A program made the translations under genes and the position numbers. From the IMG/VR virus record IMGVR_UViG_3300046002_001774, positions 7,432 through 71,431 of that record: a DNA stretch of 64,000 nucleotides; one strand, 5' to 3'. The stretch comes from a virus. Below the pieces are notes generated by a model. The model had not been told where the DNA came from, made no database searches, and saw only the letters and a program-made list of their open reading frames with translations. The first letter of the stretch is position 1, and the number at the start of each line of letters is the position of its first letter. Positions 49,805-57,864 of this stretch are shown piece after piece.

Positions 49805-50422
49805 CTAGTAAGTTCCACCATCAATGGTGGTTTCAAGCGCAGTTACACGCGAATCGAGAGCCGAATCAGCCGATGTACGAGCCGATACTTCAGAAGCCAA
49901 AGCAGCGTCATTGCTGATAACATAACCAGCGAAAGCGGAGTCGTTAGCAGTATCAACACTGTTGATAAGGTTTACGATTTCAGCAAAGCTATCTTTGTCT
50001 GCGTCGGAAGCAGAAAGGATTGCGTCAACGCGACCTTTTTCAGTAGCGATTTTTGCATCCAAAGCCGAATCACCACTGGTGCGAGCGGAGGTTTCGGTAG
50101 CGAGATCCGAAGCGATAACACCCTCTGCTGTGGTGGCCCGTGAAATTTCGCTTGAGAGATTCGATGTCAATGTGCCGTCAGCGGCAATACGAGCGGCTTC
50201 TTCTGCGGCAATAGCGGCAGTCAGGGTCGAGTTTGCAGCAGAAACAGCGGAATCAGCGTATACTTTTGTAGCGAATGTGCCAGAACCACCAATAGCGAGC
50301 GGGGTTCCGTCAGCTTTGCCCACGAAAAGGCTGAGATTTGTGAGATCCATTGCCAACTCACCAGAAGAAAGACTTGCTGGGGTCGATGAACCACGTTTAA
50401 TGCGAAGGATTGGATTTGCCAT
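49805..50422 (-). CDS. Coiled-coil fibre protein
   Basis: MANPILRIKRG..LSSGELA N-module; E..AR..AD..L heptads; ends IDGGTY. Confidence 0.75.
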   Translation of the reverse strand: MANPILRIKRGSSTPASLSSGELAMDLTNLSLFVGKADGTPLAIGGSGTFATKVYADSAVSAANSTLTAAIAAEEAARIAADGTLTSNLSSEISRATTAEGVIASDLATETSARTSGDSALDAKIATEKGRVDAILSASDADKDSFAEIVNLINSVDTANDSAFAGYVISNDAALASEVSARTSADSALDSRVTALETTIDGGTY

Positions 50423-50483
50423 AGTTTTTTATTGTTTTTTTGTTTTGTTTTGTTTTTTGGGTTTTCTGGTTATTCAGAAAGTT

Positions 50484-50660
50484 TTAGACTGGTGCTGGAC
50501 TATATTCTCCAGCGTCAATTTCAGCTACATTTGTAAGTTCACCACTTTGGATTTGAGCAACTTGATTTCCATTAGGAAGCGCACCGTCTTCGCTAATTGT
50601 GAGCGAGGAACTAGGACTAAAGTCTAGCTTGCCAGTAAATGGATTGAATCTAACTGCCAT
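50484..50660 (-). CDS. Small linker protein
   Basis: [14 protein letters not shown] start; EIDAGEY near the end. Confidence 0.6.
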   Translation of the reverse strand: MAVRFNPFTGKLDFSPSSSLTISEDGALPNGNQVAQIQSGELTNVAEIDAGEYSPAPV

Positions 50661-50661
50661 A

Positions 50662-50925
50662 TTAAGCAATGCTAACCATTACTAAATTTGCGTCATTTGC
50701 AGTGGGAGGTTGCACGGAATATGTCAATGTCAGCGTTGCGACAACAACCGATGCCTTGCTGTAAGCTACAGTTGCGATATTGTTTGTCGAACCATAGTAG
50801 GTCAATGCGAGTGAATCGAATTCTGGGATTTGAAATCCTTGAATAGAACTTGCGATATTAGAAACCCCATCAAGCACCAAATGACGGAATTTCGCTGTGT
50901 CGAGGATTGAAGGGATATTCTCCAT
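50662..50925 (-). CDS. Small structural (decoration-like) protein
   Basis: 87 aa beta-rich, directly after the MCP. Confidence 0.55.
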   Translation of the reverse strand: MENIPSILDTAKFRHLVLDGVSNIASSIQGFQIPEFDSLALTYYGSTNNIATVAYSKASVVVATLTLTYSVQPPTANDANLVMVSIA

Positions 50926-50938
50926 AGTATGTTAATGT

Positions 50939-50992
50939 TAGACTGATGAGGTGGCAGAGTCAATAATTAACTCTGCCACCGATATCAATCTA
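50939..50992 (-). terminator. Long hairpin downstream of the capsid gene (terminator or processing site)
   Basis: TAGATTGAT-ATC-GGTGGCAGAGT...ACTCTGCCACC-TC-ATCAGTCTA; no U-tract. Confidence 0.55.
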
Positions 50993-50997
50993 CCTTA

Positions 50998-52194
50998 TTA
51001 CAGTCCCGTTACACAAGGAAGGGGATTGCCATCAAATGGGCAACGCTTGTAAACAATGGCGCACACGTTCTGTGGGCGGATTGGTTGGATAGCACGTTGG
51101 ATTTGATAAATATGCTGCCCAAAGTCACCATACAAGTTACAATCGTTGTCGCGGAAATACGTCCACTCCAGCTCACCCATAGCGAGTTGAGGGGCGAAAC
51201 GGAATGTTCCTTCGCCAACGTATTGTTCAGGCACAAGGCGTTTGAATGCTTCTCCACCGATGACGAACATAACTTCGTAATCAGCAGCTACCCAAGCTGG
51301 GTTGCGGCGTTGGGCGAAACCATTCGTAACAGCCGTGCTGACAATTGGATTAACGAGGACGAGGTTGCCCGAACCATCGAAGCCAGTCGCACGGAGCGGC
51401 TGTTGGTCGATGCCGAAAGCAAAACCGCGATAACCCATGAACTGATATCCAGAAATGGACTCATCACCCAATTTGAACGAACCAGCGGTAAGATAGAGCA
51501 AGTCTTCTTTAACGTCTGCATCATTACGGAAGTTTTCGATCTGATCGGCACTAGCAAGAACTTGGAAGAACTCGCCATCTTTCGATGCGAAAGGTTCTGC
51601 AAGCATCTCTTCGCGGAGGAACGTACCAATGCGATAGAGGGTCTTGAAGTTCATAGGCGCATCAGGAAGATGCGAAGCGAACTGGGTGTTGATCTGCTGC
51701 ATATCGCCCGTGAGGTTATTGCCAAACGAGAATGTGCTGTTGACAACGTATTTGATACCAGACTGAATCAGGTATTGATAGCGGATATCAGCATTGATGA
51801 TCTGAAGGATCGTTTTCTCAAGGGAAACTTGAGCTTGGAGGTAAGAACCTTTGAACGCTGTGCGAGCTTGCTTGACGCAAACGCGAGGGCCAGCACCACG
51901 AAGGGTCTGGAGCTGGAACTGATACTCAGTCGAGCCAACAACGTCAGGGGTTGCACCGATACCACAAAGACCCGTGTCGTTTACGAACGTAGGAGCAGCG
52001 AGGCTTGCGGCAGGAACTGCCATTTCCTCAACCACGCTACGAACAACGTCCGAAACGGATGGAAGAGTTCCACCATCAATCGAGTTGATGTATGGGGATT
52101 TGCGAGCCAAGACCTTAGCGATCTGACCGATGATACGATTTACGTCTTTAGAAGCGAAATTCTGAATTGTCGCTAGTGGGATACATTCTGCCAT
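50998..52194 (-). CDS. Major capsid protein
   Basis: 398 aa, strong codon bias, strong A-rich leader, follows scaffold region, followed by a hairpin and fibre genes. Confidence 0.8.
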   Translation of the reverse strand: MAECIPLATIQNFASKDVNRIIGQIAKVLARKSPYINSIDGGTLPSVSDVVRSVVEEMAVPAASLAAPTFVNDTGLCGIGATPDVVGSTEYQFQLQTLRGAGPRVCVKQARTAFKGSYLQAQVSLEKTILQIINADIRYQYLIQSGIKYVVNSTFSFGNNLTGDMQQINTQFASHLPDAPMNFKTLYRIGTFLREEMLAEPFASKDGEFFQVLASADQIENFRNDADVKEDLLYLTAGSFKLGDESISGYQFMGYRGFAFGIDQQPLRATGFDGSGNLVLVNPIVSTAVTNGFAQRRNPAWVAADYEVMFVIGGEAFKRLVPEQYVGEGTFRFAPQLAMGELEWTYFRDNDCNLYGDFGQHIYQIQRAIQPIRPQNVCAIVYKRCPFDGNPLPCVTGL

Positions 52195-52209
52195 AATATT
52201 TGTTTTCTG

Positions 52210-52432
52210 TTTTGTTTGTTTGTTTAGGTTTGTTCTGCTTGAACCGACCCTTTAGAAGATCTATTGGGCGACATTCAAGTGTGCGTGAAATCGCATTGCG
52301 ACTTTGCACAATTTTCTTGTTTGTTCGCCCCGGCACGTTGGGCTTGTTAATACGGCCTGTTTGTGGATTCTGTGACTTCCACGGAGTCATAGGTATACGG
52401 AACCTACCTACCGAAGTGAATTCAGAACTGCG
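52210..52432 (-). promoter_or_regulatory. Structured 5' leader of the capsid gene
   Basis: Stems TGTGC/GCACA enclosing GTCGC/GCGAT, CTTGAA/TTCAAG, GCCC/GGGC, TTCTG/CAGAA. Confidence 0.45.
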
Positions 52433-52507
52433 ATATATTAACGGATATGTCAACAAAAAACATTCCATTACATATAAAAAATAATTGTGTAACGATGAAA
52501 AAAACAT

Positions 52508-52535
52508 TTGACGGAATAAATGAATGTGATAGTTT
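52508..52535 (+). promoter_or_regulatory. Plus-strand sigma70-like promoter
   Basis: TTGACG-16 nt-TAGTTT with extended -10 TG. Confidence 0.5.
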
Positions 52536-52544
52536 CAATTCATC

Positions 52545-53015
52545 TTACTTGAATCTATGCAGGATTCTAGCGGATATAAAATTTTGCTTTGAGTGAAATA
52601 CCCGTTCTGATGCTGCATACATCAAGGCGGGTTTTTCCTTTTGTATGAAGCCTCACGGCAGTTCCCGAAAGTAGCCTGTTGATACTATATCGGTGAGTGA
52701 AATATGACCGAGAACTTGGATGGCAAACTTTGATTGAGCTTTCCAATAACGCACATGACTGGAATGATGAAACCATGCCAACCAGTCGTTATTTTGGTAA
52801 TGAAATCTGTTTCGTGACCAAATTAAAATACACGCCACAGAAATGTGGGCGAAGGTGCTATTGAGGGTGTATGTTGAGTGTTGGTGCGGCCCGATAAAGA
52901 CAATAGCATTTAATGTCGAAAGCTAGACTGCCGATTCCTATACGGAAGGTAATTTACAAGACACTTCATCTCCATAACAGGCGAAGTGTCTCTGCTGCCA
53001 ACCTTAAGCCTTCCA
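52545..53015 (+). ncRNA. Candidate large structured non-coding RNA
   Basis: No credible ORF; closing stem CGGCAGT/ACTGCCG, pseudoknot, GAAA tetraloop, several further stems. Confidence 0.55.
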
Positions 53016-53024
53016 GAAGATAAC

Positions 53025-53600
53025 TTACAGCAAAGATGCCATCACTTCTGATTTAGGAATGTCACTTTTATCAATGTGACTAACTTTATCACTGATAGCA
53101 GATAACCTATCTTTGATGTTGAGAATATCGGACTCTTTTTTCAACAACCCATCAATGATAAATTCCTCTGATATAAACTTGTGAATAGCCGCAGCGCAGT
53201 TTTCTTGACTTGCATAAAAGAGAAAGCATGGACGATCAGTTATCATGTTTAGCTCCCCTTGATATGCAATAGCGTCAGATGGAGTGAATCCAAGATTGAC
53301 TACATCGTAATCAGACATCCATCCACCGCCAGCGGCGTGAAGACCGCACCAGCGAAGATAACGAGCTACTAGCTGTGGATAGTATTGCCGCAAGTTGTCT
53401 GGAAGTGTATGCAGAACTTTCCCTAGTTTTGACACAAGTTTAGAGTGAAGATTAGATGCTCCAACGTGAGACTTGTTTAGCATCACGCAATCCCATCCAT
53501 TCTTCTCCCATGATGTCTTCCACCAGTTGGCGCAAGCAAATTGCTCTGTCTGTGGCAAAGTCTGAATGCTTTCGTAATAAGAGTAAATCTTGTGTTTCAT
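53025..53600 (-). CDS. DXD-motif glycosyltransferase (GT32-like)
   Basis: KTSWEKNGW, YLRW..LHAAGGGWMSDYDV. Confidence 0.65.
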   Translation of the reverse strand: MKHKIYSYYESIQTLPQTEQFACANWWKTSWEKNGWDCVMLNKSHVGASNLHSKLVSKLGKVLHTLPDNLRQYYPQLVARYLRWCGLHAAGGGWMSDYDVVNLGFTPSDAIAYQGELNMITDRPCFLFYASQENCAAAIHKFISEEFIIDGLLKKESDILNIKDRLSAISDKVSHIDKSDIPKSEVMASLL

Positions 53601-54734
53601 TTAATAGGTTTTGTATCCTAAGTGGAATACTGGTGTTCCAAGATCAACGTGCGGTTGATGTCCAGCTTGTTTTGCTCTCTTGCAGAATGAAACATCTTCG
53701 CCTGTTTGAGAATTAATAGGGCTGAAGTAATCGAATGTTGATGGAATAGATCCATTACTTTGCGTCGATAGCTCAGGGAATTTTTCTTTAATGTCATTTA
53801 ATACCTTTCTGTGTATCAATAGACAACCTGTGCCAATCCAGTCAACTGGGGCAATCACATCAGGATATGTTTTAGCTTTATCGTCAAGGGAACGGTCTGA
53901 AACCATAAGTGAAGATCCTTCCTTTCGACCAAAATAAGCCCCTCCAACAAAAGTTTTGCCGCTGCCTATCAACCGATGAATAATATGCCGCTGTAGGGGC
54001 AAATCTGCTAATTTACGAGCCGCTGTAACTGTTGAACGCATCCATGATGGGCGACCTATGGAAGGAATAATGTCATCATCAATCATCAACAGCCATTTCG
54101 CGTCCGTTTCTAGGAATTTTTTAATAATATTATTCTTTGCGTCCCTAATTGTTTCTTCACCAATTGACATATCGAATCGGATCTTGTCACGCCCAAAGTC
54201 AAGTGCCATTGCAATCATTGTAAATGCTGTTACAGGGTTAGTTGTCTTGTGACATGGGAAGCCAACAAAGATGTCACGTCCTGCAAACTCGCAACGATAC
54301 GATGGAAGTCCATCACTTGAACGTGACTCTACAATAGGTTTCTCATATGGCAATGTATTGTTTAGTTCTTGTGCTTGAACTTCCTCTACAATGGGAATCT
54401 CAGGGGTTTTGTCGGAAATATGTATACTTTTTTCCGTCAAAACTTGTTCTTCAGATTTTTTGAAAGGAATATCGCTATCTTTTTCTTTCAAAACTGAGAT
54501 TTCAATGTTTTCAAGAGGTTTTTCCTCTTCAACTTTGACATTTTCCTCAACTTTTGCAGTTTTTACCTCAGATTTGACTTTTTCCTCAACTTTTGGTTTA
54601 CGTCCCGGTTTTTTTGCCATTTTATTTTGATTTACGGGAGGAATTACCTGTCCGGGCCTTGCAAATGGGTCAGCAGACTCCAATGCGTTCATTGTGATTC
54701 GCTCATCTGGCGATACTTTAGGTGTTATAGACAT
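53601..54734 (-). CDS. GT2-like (GT-A) glycosyltransferase with a charged N-terminal extension
   Basis: WLLMIDDDII, IGTGCLLIHRKVL, GEDVSFCKRA, final H. Confidence 0.8.
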   Translation of the reverse strand: MSITPKVSPDERITMNALESADPFARPGQVIPPVNQNKMAKKPGRKPKVEEKVKSEVKTAKVEENVKVEEEKPLENIEISVLKEKDSDIPFKKSEEQVLTEKSIHISDKTPEIPIVEEVQAQELNNTLPYEKPIVESRSSDGLPSYRCEFAGRDIFVGFPCHKTTNPVTAFTMIAMALDFGRDKIRFDMSIGEETIRDAKNNIIKKFLETDAKWLLMIDDDIIPSIGRPSWMRSTVTAARKLADLPLQRHIIHRLIGSGKTFVGGAYFGRKEGSSLMVSDRSLDDKAKTYPDVIAPVDWIGTGCLLIHRKVLNDIKEKFPELSTQSNGSIPSTFDYFSPINSQTGEDVSFCKRAKQAGHQPHVDLGTPVFHLGYKTY

Positions 54735-54777
54735 ATATAGCTATTTATAACGAGTTTTGTGTATAAGTTAGTAACTT

Positions 54778-56046
54778 TTAAGATCCAGCTTCATCCAAGC
54801 CGAGGTCAATTGCATCAGAAGCATTCATTTTAATGCGGTCGTGCATAGAATTTGGTTTGTTACTTGCTGGAGTGTTAATTGATGGCTTAGGAATCTTGGA
54901 TGATCCCTTTAGTTTATTATTTTCAGTAGTCAATTGACTAATCTGTTGCATCAATGCGTTTTTCTGAGCTTGTTCGGTGCGAAGTTGCTCTGTTAGCACA
55001 TGAGAGAATACGGCAGATGCAGCTACATTTGCTCTTTCTTGAGCAGTTGTAGGCCAAAGTGCGGATTCAAACTTCTGAGCAAGCCCAGAGACTGTTTCAT
55101 TGTGCTTCTGAATCTGTGCACGTTGTTCTGGAGTTGCGTCAGGTGATGGTTCTGCATACCTAGCCCACGGAAGTTCTTTTGTGATCTCGTCAATGGTCTT
55201 ATCAATTTCTTGAATCTCATTACCATACCACTCTTTATTTGCCGTCTCACGTTGAACAAGAATCTCGTCAGCGTGTTCAGCAGCATTAGCAATCTCAGCT
55301 TCTTGCTTCTCTTGAAGATCAGATACATCAACAAGACCACGCTTGAGACGCTCAGAATCCGTTAATGGAAGTTTTGAAAAAGCATCTTGCCTCCAAAAAT
55401 CATCTGCTACTTTTGTTGGGCCTCCAGCAGCCTCAATTGACTTGATTACTTCGTCACCCGCGCCATGCTTGCGGAGGATGTTGTAGACGCTTTCTTTGGC
55501 GTTTTGGATCGGCTCAACGTATTTGCTTTTGAACTCTGGATCGTTTTTGATGTCGAAGATCGCACGGAACTTTTTGAGTTCGTCGTAGTCTTGCGGAGCT
55601 TCAGTTCTTTTACCTTCGGCTTCTGCGAGACGTTGACGCAGAATTTCGGCTTCAGCGGCTTGCTGTTTGTATGTTGATGCGGTTTCTTGAAGTTTACGCC
55701 AGTTACTTTGGTTCTTTTCGGAGAGGTTGCGAGGCTGCTCAATGGCTGCAATTTCTGGGTCGATTTCAACTTTCGGTTCTTGAACAACTGGGGCGGGTGT
55801 TGCAGTTTCTGCGACAGGCGTTGGCTCAACAGGTATTGGAGCGACAGGCTCGTCCAGAATGCCATCTGGTTCTTGTGCGGGTTCCTCCACTTGAGGTTGA
55901 ATCGTTTCAGTAGTTTCTCCGATAGCTTCATCAAGGAGTGAATCAATTTGTGAGGATGTATCTTCATCTATTGGGTCTGAGTTGAGGCTAGGATTACCAA
56001 AGCCTGTTACGTCTGGTTCTACTACGTTGTCGTCTGTGTCTGTCAT
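54778..56046 (-). CDS. Capsid scaffolding protein
   Basis: Acidic Pro-rich N-terminus, long coiled coils, between portal and MCP; ends KMNASDAIDLGLDEAGS. Confidence 0.7.
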   Translation of the reverse strand: MTDTDDNVVEPDVTGFGNPSLNSDPIDEDTSSQIDSLLDEAIGETTETIQPQVEEPAQEPDGILDEPVAPIPVEPTPVAETATPAPVVQEPKVEIDPEIAAIEQPRNLSEKNQSNWRKLQETASTYKQQAAEAEILRQRLAEAEGKRTEAPQDYDELKKFRAIFDIKNDPEFKSKYVEPIQNAKESVYNILRKHGAGDEVIKSIEAAGGPTKVADDFWRQDAFSKLPLTDSERLKRGLVDVSDLQEKQEAEIANAAEHADEILVQRETANKEWYGNEIQEIDKTIDEITKELPWARYAEPSPDATPEQRAQIQKHNETVSGLAQKFESALWPTTAQERANVAASAVFSHVLTEQLRTEQAQKNALMQQISQLTTENNKLKGSSKIPKPSINTPASNKPNSMHDRIKMNASDAIDLGLDEAGS

Positions 56047-56080
56047 ATTTATTTTGTTTTGGTTGTTATCTGACTAAATT

Positions 56081-56365
56081 TTATTTGTTAGGTTGTTTTC
56101 CAAAATATTCTTCATAAGAATCTCTTTTTAATACAAAAATTGGAATTTCTTTTTCATTTGGAAAATACATAATTGCCATTTCAACAAAATTAAGTTTGTC
56201 AAATGTTTTTTTAATATCTTCCCTCCATTTTTCGGTGGGGTTTTTATCAAAAATTCCGCCGTAAAAAGTTACATAATAAATGTGTTTTGGTTTTTCTTGA
56301 ATTACATTCCAATAAAAATTATGAGAATTCCAATTTTTATGTGATATATTAATTGTTGTTTCCAT
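56081..56365 (-). CDS. AT-rich hypothetical protein (moron-like)
   Basis: 94 aa, very low GC. Confidence 0.5.
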   Translation of the reverse strand: METTINISHKNWNSHNFYWNVIQEKPKHIYYVTFYGGIFDKNPTEKWREDIKKTFDKLNFVEMAIMYFPNEKEIPIFVLKRDSYEEYFGKQPNK

Positions 56366-56389
56366 ATTTTTTACTGAAACTATGTATTT

Positions 56390-56629
56390 TTACATTGATG
56401 TGAAATTTCCTACTGATGCGTCTTGGTTTTCTTCGTCCATAGAAGACAAGTCTCGCAGTTCGCGAATAGCGAATTCAAAGCCTTCTTTGAACTTGGCTTG
56501 AAGAGCAACTTCCTCAATAGTCTTCCCGTCACACAATGGAATGCGTGAACGGTAATACTCTATTAATTTATTGCCAGATTTGATTAAATATTCCCGTAAG
56601 GCAACGCTGTCTGCACTAGTCCATTTCAT
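56390..56629 (-). CDS. Small helical protein of the type that usually follows podovirus portals
   Basis: 79 aa; EEVALQAKFKEGFEFAIREL. Confidence 0.55.
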   Translation of the reverse strand: MKWTSADSVALREYLIKSGNKLIEYYRSRIPLCDGKTIEEVALQAKFKEGFEFAIRELRDLSSMDEENQDASVGNFTSM

Positions 56630-56656
56630 AATATTATTTATTTATTTATTGTTTCC

Positions 56657-57298
56657 TTATTTTAGACCAACGTCAATAGCTTCGTAAGAAGACATTGGTT
56701 TTTTAAGCAATTCTTGATTTTTCTTAATCACAGATGCAGGGTCAATTACAGACGCTGATCTTTTATAAGAATTAGCTCCATCAGATTCAGCGTCAAAACG
56801 AGCATAGGTTGCAAGTTCCTCTTCTGACATTGGAGGAGGATTGCCAGTAAAGTTTTTTTCAAACTCTAGTTTATCTCGTCTTGCTTGATTAGTTCCGCCT
56901 TGTTTTGTGTTTAGTCCGCCCATAGTATTTGTTTTCTGTTTAGGTGATTCGTTTTCTTGTGCAAAATATGGAAGCCCTAGAGCTTCTCTTTCTCTTGCAA
57001 ATCTAACGGCTTTTTGTGTGATTGATTTATTTAAATCTGGATTTTCAGTTTTAATTTTATCTTCTGAAGTTGAAAGAAGATAGTTAATCTCATTGTCATC
57101 AAGTGTTGGAACCATTTGTGGTATTAATTTTTCTCCACTTCCCCAGTCAACTCCAATCGAAAGCTCACTTGATACTTTGCTAGGATCATCAATCCTTTTA
57201 ATCCCGCCAAGAAATCCACTTCCTTTTACTGTTCCATCTGTGCGAATAAAATCAGGATGTTGGTTTGATTGAGGTGATTGTGTGTTAGCCCCGCCCAT
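56657..57298 (-). CDS. Tagged cassette protein 1 (MGGAN...KPMSSYEAIDVGLK), with an internal MGGLN start at 56923
   Basis: Termini shared with the two upstream ORFs. Confidence 0.7.
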   Translation of the reverse strand: MGGANTQSPQSNQHPDFIRTDGTVKGSGFLGGIKRIDDPSKVSSELSIGVDWGSGEKLIPQMVPTLDDNEINYLLSTSEDKIKTENPDLNKSITQKAVRFAREREALGLPYFAQENESPKQKTNTMGGLNTKQGGTNQARRDKLEFEKNFTGNPPPMSEEELATYARFDAESDGANSYKRSASVIDPASVIKKNQELLKKPMSSYEAIDVGLK

Positions 57299-57299
57299 A

Positions 57300-57863
57300 T
57301 TATAATTCTGCGTTGATTACGTCATATGATGACGCTGGTTTTTGTTTAGGTACAGAGAAATATCTGTCTCCAAATTTCTTGATTTCAAATCCACGTTCAT
57401 TTTCTGCATTAACCGTGTAATTGTGTGTTGGATGGTTTGCTCCTTTAAGGATAACGTATGCCTCTCCTTCAGGTAGTCCATATTCTTTATATTTATTGAA
57501 AATCTCTTCAGTTACTGGAGCAACTGATCCCATATGCTTGTTGTAATTATTAGGTTTAATGCCAGCTTTCTCAGCAGTCAAGTAATCGTATTGCGCTTCT
57601 TCTGGATTAAATCCTTGTTGAACAACTCTTGCTCTGTCCGCCTGAACTGGTTTTGAATAAACCGAAGCTCTATCTACTTGACTTGTTGCAGCAACTTGTG
57701 GAGCTTTTGATTCCTCATAATCAAAAAGGTTTGGCTTTAATGGGTCGTTTTGCTTTTCATATTTACCCATGTTCTTTGACCAGTCATAAAAATCATTATT
57801 ATATCCAGAACCTTGTCCTTCTGGAACATGACTTGCTTTTACGCCTGTGTTAGCTCCACCCAT
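57300..57863 (-). CDS. Tagged cassette protein 2 (MGGAN...KPASSYDVINAEL)
   Basis: Shared termini, unrelated core. Confidence 0.7.
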   Translation of the reverse strand: MGGANTGVKASHVPEGQGSGYNNDFYDWSKNMGKYEKQNDPLKPNLFDYEESKAPQVAATSQVDRASVYSKPVQADRARVVQQGFNPEEAQYDYLTAEKAGIKPNNYNKHMGSVAPVTEEIFNKYKEYGLPEGEAYVILKGANHPTHNYTVNAENERGFEIKKFGDRYFSVPKQKPASSYDVINAEL

Positions 57864-57864
57864 A

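Noticed and set aside
49962-50627. 221-aa plus-strand ORF and other plus-strand ORFs in the track
   Set aside because: Antisense to well-supported minus-strand genes, with no motifs or initiation signals
50943-50984. Hammerhead-like CTGATGA-stem-CGATA on the plus strand
   Set aside because: The core needs GAAA but has GATA, no convincing stems I/III are present, and it is explained as part of the long post-MCP hairpin
51085-52176. 363-aa plus-strand ORF antisense to the capsid gene
   Set aside because: No recognisable motifs; expected mirror ORF from the strong codon bias of the MCP
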